A stretch of DNA of 64,000 bases, from NCBI GenBank assembly GCA_009602735.1, contig WELA01000485.1, positions 62,001-126,000 on the forward strand, given 5' to 3'. The notes below the pieces were generated by a model that made no database searches, was not told where the DNA came from, and saw only the letters and a list, made by a program, of their open reading frames with translations. Both the position numbers and the translations under genes were made by a program. Positions 53,008 through 64,000 of this stretch are shown piece by piece (positions within the stretch are counted from its first letter, which is position 1; each line of letters starts with the position of its first letter). The DNA is from Mesotaenium endlicherianum. Taxonomy: Eukaryota.

Positions 53008-53736
53008 TGTAGCGAATCAATATATTGGTAGAGATAATATTCATTTTAATATCATAGTTGAATAAGTTCAGCCTGCTGAACTTCAGTCAATATTGAGTCT
53101 GTTGGACTTTATACACTTATCAGTTTAAGGACTCAGCCAGAAGCAGCAGGCTGAAGTCAAATTAAGTCAGCTTGCTGACACATTCTTTGACAGCCAGCTG
53201 ACTTCCGTACTCGGTAGTAGCGAATTGCCTAGATATGCATCTAAGTGTGATATGCTAGATAAATGGCCAGATGACATCCCTAGGATGGATAGCGATTCGG
53301 GATGATGGGAGATGGCGGTGGATTTGGTTAACCGAGGTCCTACCAACGTGGTTAACTCCCTGGTAGGCGGTGCCATCGCACTTGCCGTTGAACACTAAAC
53401 TCATTTTATGTACATATGCGAGGTATTGCTCTCAAGTTCGGCATTTGGAAACGAGGCCAACTCTCTTATACAGCTTACTGAGAGATATTTGAATCCAAGG
53501 CAAGAAGCCGTTGATGCAAACTACCTTCTAATCTTGCTTATGTATGAGTGTACTGATTGCATTATTGATGCTAGTTTGCTTGCATTTGACTTACGAGTAC
53601 GTCCACTGCTAGTGTGTTGTCCTTTTGCTGTTTAATTAGTTAACAGAAAATACCATAAAGATTACTCGCTGACATGAAGATCTTTATTAATTGTTAATCG
53701 CCTGATTGATAAGACGATTCAATTCACCCTCCCACA
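53008..53736 (+). mobile_element. 3' LTR of element B (729 bp)
   Basis: TGTAGCG...CTCCCACA, preceded by PPT TTTAAGTTGGAGGGAT; homologous to 12904-13645. Confidence 0.85.
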
Positions 53737-55900
53737 GAAAACAAAAAGAATACCACATTTGACCCAGCTCACGTTTACGTGTGGAGTTGCTTGGATCTCT
53801 TGCACTAGAAGCCTCCTCCATTGGTTGTTCGTCATCATCTATGAAGTCCTCAAATCCAGAGTCTTCCGGATCACCCATATTCGCTAACAATTTAACACTA
53901 CACATTAAACATTTGGAAAAAAAGAACTGGACGTTGGCAGCTGTGGAGGCGAGAAAGTGATTACTGAATGCATGAGCATCGTATAGTTGTAGTCTTAGAG
54001 AGAGTCCGGGTGTAGATTTGCAGTTGCCTTGGTGGGTAATGTTTGAGGTTTAGTTCATCTGGCATGCTAATGTAGTTGAAATCTACGGTGTTAATGAGTA
54101 CCACTTTGACACATGTACGCGCTAAAACAAGGTTTTGCCTCACCCGCGAGTTCTCGCGTAATTGGCGATGACTGGACTTGTCATCGACTATTTTTTGGTC
54201 ACTTCGTAAGAGTCTGTGAATGTTTTGTCGTTTGCACGTGCGATTGGTTTATTGGTCAATTTTTACGCCGGCACACGTATTCAGCAAGTTGTACGGCCAT
54301 AGTTGACGAAATACGTGCGTACGTATCCGCTATACGTATTAGACAAAAACATATTCCATAGCTAGGCCTGCAGCTACATTGTACAAAAGTTGAATCAAAG
54401 AATCACTGCACATCGTTCACAAGAATAATTGACGGTAGTGTGCTTTGTATATAAAGCCTACTATGACGTGTAGGAAGTAGAATGCACCATAGAAATAAAT
54501 AGCTATTAAGTGGAAAGACCTGGGGTAAAGCACCGGTTTAGTGTGCCCTTTGATACCACCATGTCCAATAAAACATGTAGGTGCTAGAAAGTATAAGAAT
54601 CATCCGCCTGATGATTCCAAGCGACCCTCGGAGGATCAACAGCCACAAGCTATATATGTTCACATTTCAGATGAAGCACTCGGTGATATTTAATATCTAC
54701 CCATTAGGGCTGGTGTTTTCTCCCAGTGATTACTTCACTGAGGAACTCGAGGCAATTCATCACAATGAGTATGAGAAAATACCGAGTGAGATTCATTGCT
54801 ACTGTAAGAACATCTGCAGTTGACTCTGTACTAGCTCAAGGATCCATCTATTTAAGGCATATGTCGGTCTTCTCAAGCATCCAGATAATGTCTTGTGGAA
54901 GTTGGCCAATAAATTTAGAGATAAGTACATAGTCGCAACCTGCATTAATTCGCATGTACGGCAAGTTCATTATGACATCAGGTTGGACGGATAGCTAGCT
55001 CCAGCCTTCAGGCTTGACTTGGCTTACATGACATGAGAAAGGGTGAGGCATTGTAGCCTCCATTTCAAACATAATGAACAGGATTGCACCTTGATCAACT
55101 TTCTACAGATCTAATTGCTATCTTACCCTATAAAACAAACCGTACCCATGGCGCTAGTCAAGCTGCACCTGCTGTACAATTAAGCATCTATTCACTCACT
55201 GGTGACTGGAGGGTCCCGGGAGAGCCCCTTGCTTTAGGCTTGTGATATTGCAGCGAGGGCTAACGGCTCCGACATCGCCCCATCTCTGCAAGAGAGGCAT
55301 GACCTTCCAGGTGCTATCGACTTTCGATTGGCTCCCGACTTTGGCTCTGACTTCCTCCACAGAATGCAGCTGCCCAGCGCCGTCGGCCAACTTCGTCCTC
55401 TTCCCTCCCTCCGTGTATCCCCTAGTAAAGTTGCGATTGTGCAATTACAATTTGCGCATATAAATATAGCCAAACTTTTGTATGACATGCATGGCAAGAC
55501 CTGAACTACACCAATGACACAAGATCACTCAAAGTTGGCTCAGGAGTAAAACTTTATCCGGGTCCCAAAAATTGGTGTCAAAAAACAGTACATGCAATAC
55601 TGACGTAGCACAATTTGTCGCACAGACCAACAGTAACATCCATACTGCTACCCGCACGCCTTTTTGTGAGCTCTACACATTCACAAATGCCCCCACAGGT
55701 AGTACTCCACCTCTAATAGCACGAGAAAGACCAACTACTTCACTAGCACGCAGGGGGCACAACCAGCCAATTCATACTTGTGATTAAGAAGCAAGAAAGT
55801 GTGGATTGTTCAAATGAATGTATAACGTATAAAATGAAGGAATCTACACCAAATCAAATCGGCGTCTGAGGAAACTCGAGCGCACAGCTCCCGCTAAACC

Positions 55901-56647
55901 CTATGCCTTGAAGCGGGCCTTGAAGCTGCTGCCGGCGGCAGCAGCAGCAAAGCCATACGCTGTCATCTTCACCCTCAACAGCCCAGCCTCTTGCATCGCA
56001 TCCGTCGCCGCCGCCGCCCGCACCACCTCACTTCGCCGCCCACGCCCTCCCACGCTCTCGCGCTCGCGCCCGCGCTCGCCGCTAAGCCTCACGTGATCGT
56101 CGCCCCCCTGCCCCTCCTCATCCCCCAGCTCCTCGGCAGCTGACAATACGGCAGCAGACGAGGGGGTGGCAGCAGAAGGGGAGGCAGCCGCAGCCGAGGC
56201 CAAAAGCCCCAGCAGCCGACGCTGGTGGTGGCGGGCGGGCAGCCGCCCAAACTTGTTCAGGTAGGCGCGGAGCGCGCGCGCCTCATCGCACGCCTCCAGC
56301 CGGTACTCCGCCAGCTTCCCGTAGCGCGCCAGGTAGCGCGCCGCCTTGCTGTGCGCGCACAGCGAGCGCACGTTGAGCGCGACCTCCAGCACCGCGGGCG
56401 GCAGGCCTGCGCGCCGCAGGCGCTGCGCGGTGCGGCCGACGGAGGCGGGNCGCACTGCGCCGCCAGGCTGTCCTCGTACAGCGCCAGGGGCTCCCGGAAC
56501 CTGCCAACAGGGCGTCCGGTGCGCACGCGCATGCGCATGCGTGAGTGGAGACGCACACACACACACAAGCGCAGAGGCGGGGGAGATGACGCCATCAGAT
56601 GATGCCTTCATGAAAGTGCCGACTGCAAGCAGATGCATGGATGTGTG

Positions 56648-56697
<50 letters not shown>

Positions 56698-59600
56698 CGG
56701 GGGAGACGGCAAACTTTATCGAATCCCACCCGCCCCACCCGGCCCCGCATGCGTGCATTTCACTCCAGAAGAAGGGGGGGACAAAGAGATAGGGCAATTT
56801 AAAGAGGCCCCAAGACAGAGAAGGAGAGGCAGGCTTGGTCGATAGAGCAGGCAACGGCCGGCGAGTGGCACGTGGCAGCGGGCAGCAGGTGGCGCGCATG
56901 ACTGCTGGTAACACAAGAACTCAGAAGCACACTGAAGCAAAAAGAGAGCATCTCCAAGTGTCTTCAAGCCCCCATCAAAACATCTGGCATGGAGATACTT
57001 TGTCTGAAGGGGGGGAAGGGAGAGGGGAGAGGGAAGGGGGGGGCTCAATTTGCGCGGAGGCTGCTGACCTGGCGGCCTTGGCGTAGGCGGCGAGCACGAG
57101 GAACACGGTGTCGGGGTCCACCTGCGCCTCGTGCTGCCACATGTCCTTCAGGAGCTGCTCCGCCGCCTCCGCGTCGCCAGCCCACGCGCAGATCCGGATG
57201 AGCTCCGTGTAGGCTCTGCCATCTGGCGCGAAACCGTCCTGCTGCTTCGCCCACTGGAACACCTTGCTCGCCACGTGGGGGTCGCGCTGCGCCTGCCCAA
57301 GAATTGCGGGCAGACAGCGGCGGGGGGTGGGGATGCGGACGGGCGGGAGGCGATGGTGGTGCAAGACGAGACACACGCCAAAAATTTAAATGAAAGGGGG
57401 CAGTCAGGAACCGGTATTCTGGCCCATAAAAAGCCAACAAGTGCCAGAGTGAGAACAGGACCCTCCAAAGCCGGGCAAGGTGCCTGGGGTGCCGGAGAGG
57501 AAACAGGACTTAGAGCCAGGCAAGGTGCCTGGTGGTAGCTAGAGTGCGAACAGAACCCTTCAGAAAGCCGGGCAAGACGCCTGCGGTGTCAGAGTGTGCT
57601 ACAAGACCCTTTCAGCCGGGCAAGAAGCCCAAGCAGGCAAAAAGCCTTCAAAAGTGGTCCAAGCATGCCAAGTGGCAGACTAGTGGCAGGAAGACAGCTG
57701 GTTTGTCAAGCCTTTCAACACGACGAAAAAGGAAAGTTAACATAGTTTTGTGTGCAGCAGCAGGAGCAGCAGCAGCAGAAGACCCGCATCCAAAGAGCAG
57801 CAGACGGAAGCAACAGCAGCAGCAGACAGCAAGCTGATAAGCAAGCGGACAGGCGAGCACGCGTGCTTGCTCGCCAAAAGGTGGGTGCCAGAGCGCTGCA
57901 ATGGCCGACCAGACACCAGTGAGTTCAAGCCAGCCGGCCAGCGAGCGAGCGAGCGAGCCAGCCAGAGCGAGCAAGCAACCAAGCAAGAGCGACCGAGCGA
58001 GAGTGCGAGCACGCGAGTGCTTGCTCACCTGGAGCAGGCGCTGCACGGTGCCGTGGTCCTCGAGGTCGGAGGAGGGCGCGCCCAGGGGGGCCGCCCCGCG
58101 GAGGGCGGCGGCGGCGGCGGTGGGGGGGAGGCCCGCGCCATGCGCGAGCTCCTGCAGGGCGAGGCGCTCACGCTCGCGCTCCAGCTTTGTGGCCTCCTGC
58201 CGCGCCAGCTTTAGCCGCCGCATGGACCACGACGGCCCCGGCAGCACCTGGGCACCAGAGGAAACCACGCTGTCACGCTGTCAGCGGGGGGTTCAGCTTC
58301 AGCCGCCGCATGAGGCCACGACGGCCCCCCAGCAGCACCTGGGGATCGGGGTCGCGTTGTGGATGCCGGAGGCATGAGGGACGTTAGGAGTGTTAGTCTT
58401 TTGAGGTAGTTGAGGCGTCAGTGGGGTTCTTCAGCCTCAGCGGGCGCATGGGGCCACGACGGCCCCGGCAGCACCTGGGCGTCAGATAGGGGGCCGAGGG
58501 CGTTTCTGTTGGTCGTAAGGTATTCAAAGGAATCAGAGATCGCGCTCACCTTTCAAGCGTTTGGGGTATTAGTGGCGAGGCATTTGATGAGGTGTGCGCT
58601 ACTCGTAGGGTTCAGCTTTTGCGTGAGGCTCAACCTTTGCGCGAGGTTCAGAGTCAGCTTGAGGCGCCGAGGGACGACGGCGGCCAGGGGCAGCACCTGG
58701 GCATAAACGGCCAGATCGCGCTTGGGGTGCGTGCGGTTCCGTCGTGAGATATTTTGATAACCAGCGGATCACTTTCAGGGCGTGTGTGGGGTCGCGAGGT
58801 GTTTGCGTTGGTCGTGAGGGCCAAGCTTCGGCAAAGACGGCCGCACGGGCAATGACGGCCCCCGCGGCTCCTGGGGCCCAGCAATCAGGGGCCGCATTCG
58901 GGGGCATTTTAGGGTCTACGTCATGAGGTCTTTAGTCTCGTGTAGTTGTTGGAAGTTTCAGCCCCCGGGGCAGCATTCCGGGAGCATGCCGATTCGCCGC
59001 GTCGGTTTCGAGTGCTACTTGTGAGCTGGAGGGCTTCAGGGCAGCACCCGGTGGTCAGCTCTGGGGTGTCAGAAAGTGTTAGGGGTGTTAGTCAGTTGTG
59101 AGGTTGGTCGTAATGTCGTTCTTCGGTAGTGAGAGGCTTCAGGGCAGCACCTGGGAGATCAGGGGTGAAGTTTGCGGCGCCAGTTGCAAGGCTGCAACTT
59201 TTTCGGGGCAGCAGCCGGCCAGGCCATCCGGGGCCGCGTGTGGGTCTGAGGCGCGGGGTCATGGGCTTCAGGAACACGCTACACTCGAGGGATGTGGGGA
59301 GTCCAGGGTTTAAAGCAGCAGCCACGAGGCCTTTGGGATGTAAGTCGCAGAATCAAAACTCTTAAGGCAGGGCTTCAGATTGAGAGGTCAGGGTTGCACA
59401 CGAAAGAGGCGGGCAAGAGGCGGACAAGAGGCGGGCGACGAGCAGTAATAGAAAGGTTTGGGATCTGTACCTTGTTGCGACCAAGGCCCCTCCTCCTCCA
59501 CAGCTTGTTGATCTCCGCCTGGATGGCTGCCTCTTTGCCGTCGTCCTTCATCTGGCCCGCAGCAACGGCCGCCGGCTTCCTGCCACTTGGCACCATCCCA

Positions 59601-60877
59601 GGCCTCATCCCAAGGTCCAGCACGCCTCCAATCGTGCGCTGCCACGGCTTCTTTGCCAGCTGCTGCGCGCGGGCGGCGGCAGCGGCTGCAGCAGCGGCTG
59701 CAGGGACAGGTGCTCTCTCCCCCAAGGAGGAGGAGGAGGAGGAGGAGACCAGTGTGGCAGCCCCTCGTCCACCTGTCCTGCTGTAAGCAGTCCTCCTGGT
59801 TGGGAAGTGCCCCCCCACGGCTCCAACCCCCACCCCCTGCCTGGGCTGCTGCTGCTGCTGCTGCTGCTTCAGCAGCGGTAGATTCCTCAGATCAAGGGTG
59901 GAATCGAGCACGATATCCGGCTCCACCTGGAAGAGAGACTCCTCCATTGAGTTCTCCCCCTGCAGCTCCTTCTCCTGCTCCTGCTCCTGCTCCTGCTCTT
60001 CCTCCTGCCCCTCCCCCTCATAGTCCTCTGCTCCTCCTGGCCCCCCATAGCCCGAGCTCCTGATGCTCCCTGGGAAGGCTGGCAGAGGAAGCAGAGGGAG
60101 CGTGCCGCCTGCTCGCCGGGAATGCCCTTGAGAGTACGCATGGTTGCGAGAGCTGCCGTGCGCATGCGCATGGGCATGGGCATGCGCACCGTCATGGGCA
60201 TGATCCTGGGCATGGGCGTGGGCATGAGCGTGGGCTTGGGCATAGGGATGGCCATGAAGGTTCACATGCGCATGACCATGGGCATGGGCAAGGCCGTGGG
60301 CGTGGGCGCCAGTGCCAGTGCGGGGTTGGACGCGGGTGTGGGGGTGGGAGTGAGAGCGGGAGTGGGGGCGAGTGTGGGGATGATGCGGAGGGTTGAGCTT
60401 CTTAGAGGACGGGGAGTATACATATATGCCAGGTGACACAAACCCTAGCTCTGAATGTAGCCCTGGCTCAGAAGCCGCCACAGTGACGAGCCCCGCAGGT
60501 GGAGCGCCTGAGCCTTCGTGCTGGCAGCCGCTACTGCTGCTACTGCTGTCACTACTGTTGCTGCTATTGCGGTTGCTGCTGCAGCTGCTACTGCTGCTAC
60601 TGCTGCTGCTGCTGCTGCCATTGTGCTGTGCAGCGGCTGCTGACTCTTGATCCACGATCCAAGGGGCAGCACCGCATGGGGAGCTGTGGAAGCTCCTGGG
60701 GCCACTGCAGGCTGCACCTGAAGCAGGCGCATCTGGTGCAGAGTGGGGCACTTGTGTGCTGAGGGGGGAGAGGTCGTAGAGGGACCAGCAGCTCCTGGAG
60801 AGGCGGTGCAGGCTGCCCTGGCTGAGCAGGTGAGCCCTTAAGCCCAGAATCTCCCTGTATCCCCATCCATCAGGCAC
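55901..60877 (-). CDS. Multi-exon pentatricopeptide-repeat (PPR) protein gene; exons about 59471-60877 (5' limit uncertain), 58029-58247, 57069-57292, 55901-56500 (contains an N gap)
   Basis: GT/AG junctions join in phase: GRNK|VLPGPSW, QRLLQ|AQRDPHVASKVFQWAKQQDGF, AAR|FREPL. PPR motif AYTELIRICAWAGDAEAAEQLLKDMWQHEAQVDP. GC-rich exons. Confidence 0.75.
56651..56692. repeat. (GA)n microsatellite in a PPR intron
   Basis: About 21 consecutive GA units. Confidence 0.95.
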
Positions 60878-60919
60878 ATGCCGTGGCTAGGATTTCGGTG
60901 GCCTGACTGACATGCTTGG

Positions 60920-61890
60920 AACCAAGCCATGCAGATGCACATATGTGTGCCCTGACCTACATACAGACATGTACCAACATGTGTACACATGCACAAACAT
61001 ATGTACAAGTATGTACGAACAAAAGTACAGACATTAAATACACGTGTGCATGTATCCATAGGAAGGTCGCAAGATACATAGACAAACGCAAATGTGTTAG
61101 TACACGTCACCACCTATACTAAACATACAAGATATGTGGGTGTGGTCAAACGTGTGTGTGCACCAGTGATGGCTGCGTCTGACAACCCAGCCAGCTAAGA
61201 CACCCCTCTAGGCGATATCAAGATCACTTAAGAACTGGCAAGTCGGCTTACAACAGCTTACATATTGCTTGAGCATGCAGAGACTGACGAGCCAGTTCAT
61301 GTATGACAGCTCATATGAAAAATGAGCATGTGTGTCAGACGACGATATGAACAAACAAGCATGTGTCAAATAACGATATCATCATACGAGCATGTGTCCC
61401 ATGATGATATGATAATATGGCGCTGTGCATATGACCGCTTACACAAGCTGGCGAATCAGCTCCTGCAGGAGCCTGAACTTACATGACACCTCATACAATG
61501 CTTAAGCATGTGTTATACGACGATTGTCGCATGTCAAACGATCACATAATACACGACAGTACGTAACGTTGCTCACAAACCAAGCTCCACAGGAACCTGG
61601 ACGAAGAAGTCAAGCTTATACATGGCAGCCCATTTGACTTATGAGCATACATCACATGACATATGATCAAAATATACATGACAGCCTATAAATATGCTGA
61701 CAAGACAGCTTCTACAGGAGTCTGAACTCAGATAGTCAGATCGTATGTGTTACCGCAATAACATACGAGCTTATGCCACCTATACACATGACCAGATGGT
61801 ATATGACAGCTCGTATATTTGCTTGCTGATCAGCTTCAACAGAAGCCTCAACAAGGTGATATGGGCTACGACATGAGCTATCATGTTATG
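60920..61890. repeat. Degenerate low-complexity/minisatellite region
   Basis: Recurrent ACATG/ATATG words and repeated blocks such as GAGCATGTGTC, CAGGAGYCTGAACT and ATGACAGCT. Confidence 0.45.
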
Positions 61891-64000
61891 GTTCTTTGTG
61901 TTCTGCGAATGCCTTTCTTAACTTCTGATATCTGGAGGTTGTTCAGTTGTTATTCACAATCAAGATCGCCCATATTTCTTGGCAACAGACCTGTGGATTC
62001 TCTATGCACAGTTGTTAACCTGAAGACCACCATAGCAGCGCATATTCATAAGTGTGACTGTGTATATATTTCTGAGTGTGTAAGTGCATGCATCATGTGC
62101 CCAGCTAAGGCATCTCCCACTATAACCAGCTGACCTTCATTGACTTCTCTGCGGGGTCTTGAGAAGGAATGGATCACTGCACAGCAGCTGGCATATTAAG
62201 CTAATCAGTCTAGGAGTGACGATTGGGTACTCTAAGATAGTAATCATGTGGTAATCCTATTAAATCATTTTTAGATTCGAACCCTTGAAGAGCTTCAAAA
62301 CAGATTCAAAGGCACAGTGTCAAACGCACCTTAACGTATTCATGTCTTCCTGAATACGCTGTAGCTTCCCCTTTCAGTGAAGCTAACGATATCACCAAAA
62401 TTACGTCCTCTATTGGCGCCAAACGTAAAAAAAAATTTCAAAGCGCGTCGGCATTATGGGCCAGATCGGCACATACTATGATAAAGTCGTCTTCTTCCTG
62501 CATCACAGTCAAACCGCCCAATATATTTTCATTCGCCTTCTTTCGTGAAAATGGACAGCAGCCTAAGGCTCGGATCTTCGGCTTCAGCGCCAGTTCGATC
62601 TCTCTAGCGTACTTAAAAGTGAATAGCAGCGCTTGAGTGGTCAATTCCGTAGCAGGTTAACATCAGCAAGAAGCAGGGAAAAGCAGGTGAGTAATAAAGT
62701 TGGCTACGAAGCACTCTAAAGTGGCTCTCAAGCGAACTGGGTGCAAGCTGGGTGTATGTGATCTGAGCCCCTCTGTGCAGTTCCCGACAGTCGTGTTCAG
62801 TCGTGTTCGTGTGATGAAGCCGCCGACTTTCAGTTCCACTCGATTCAGTGACATGCAGTCCAGCTTTTCTGGACTACGTTCTGCAATATTTTGTCATAAA
62901 TAATAGTCGGTTTGAATTTTGTAAGTTGGGTCACGACCGCTCACGACTCACGAGTGGGGCTACGGTGGGCAGGACCGGACCGGACCTGCACCTGGCTTGC
63001 CTGGACCTACCGCGGCAACCCAGGCGCTACTAGCCGAAGATTGGGCGGGGAAACTACACAATTCCCTCCATCTGTCTTCCCGTTTTATAATACTTCACAC
63101 ACGTCGTAACCCGTAAGGAGCCTGCAGGCGAAGGTAGCGCTTTCTATCACGGACAGGAAATTCCTGCATCGGAATCTGAGAGGTAAGAAGCAGTAGTGAG
63201 GAACGCGATGGACACAGCGGGGTACTCACTATTTTCCTCGACGTTTCTTGTTTGACCTAACTGTGTATTGGGAAAGTTTTTCCTTGCCTTCTTAGTTGAG
63301 CCAAAGGTGTCTTGGACGACCCCGAGTCAGAGCATTTCTCATCTTGGGGGCAACTCGGGAAATTAAGTAACGTGAAATTTGAGGATTATATGGGCTTCTG
63401 TAAGCAATGCTTCGTAGTGGGCACTAGTATTTAGAAGTGCGCTTAAAGATTCTTCAGGAGCATCTATCATAGCGCCAGCAATGGGGCAATGTAGCAGCCA
63501 TGCTTCTAAAGTTCCTCCCTCATGTAACAGAGCCTCAAGAAACAAAGCAAGAGGTAAGCACAATGACACCTTACATGCGCCCAAAGGTCACAGAAGCGCA
63601 ACGAGGGACCACCACCGTACTGCAGCTGCTTGGCAATCAGCAGCTGCCAAGGCATCAGGAAAAGTAGGTGCGAGGACTTCCAACGCCGATGCTCCTGGAG
63701 CTGGAGGGGACGGAGGAGGCTTCTAATTTTCAAGGTAAGTCAGCATAGCAGCCGCATTGACGATCAACAAGGTTTGCATAATTTTTTTCATTGAAGATAT
63801 GGCTGTAGTTTATCATTCAAGTCATATTTTATTTATTTCCTTGGCCACTAATACATTAAGCTAAGGTGGGAGTGCAAGTTAATGAACCTCGTTCGGTAAT
63901 TCATAAGTGGGCATGAGATGTTGATGCACTTGCTAGTATAGTCAGCCAAATTTGCACATTCTTTGAAGAATATCACTACTAGCATCTTTCTTAAACATTA

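Noticed and set aside
53737..53905. Acidic minus-strand ORF (MGDPEDSGFEDFIDDDE...) cut by the B LTR, possibly the start of another transposon gene
   Set aside because: Too short and no diagnostic motif; cannot be assigned.
60499..60762. Cys-rich metallothionein-like ORF
   Set aside because: Alternative-frame reading of CTG/CTA triplet repeats that encode poly-Ser on the minus strand.
62400..63740. Possible further exons (62438-62644 minus; GTAAG donors at about 63183 and 63735 plus)
   Set aside because: No recognisable domain or consistent exon chain from sequence alone.

Overview
Eukaryotic, green-lineage DNA, probably a streptophyte alga or early plant; this is inferred from an intron-containing PPR gene and chromovirus-type Ty3/Gypsy elements with Met-i primer sites. 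Bases 1-53.7 kb are a deeply nested transposon island; family letters below are my own labels. At the left is Gypsy family E, whose integrase ends in a PHD finger and whose next tandem unit reads gag-protease-C5 DNA methyltransferase. It is joined at about 7180 to a large degenerate chromovirus B (to 53736) that carries an extra ORF after pol. B hosts three insertions: A1 (holding intact A2, which holds a TTAA-flanked piggyBac), C1, and C2 (holding intact A3). C1 contains a 5.3 kb DNA transposon with a RAG1/Transib/Chapaev-like transposase, bipartite CAC-starting RSS-like ends and a convergent partner gene. Bases about 55.9-60.9 kb hold a minus-strand multi-exon PPR gene. The two most striking features are the RAG-like transposon (32232-37553) and the methyltransferase-carrying Gypsy (6750-7185). 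All homology calls are by-eye motif recognition; no searches were run.
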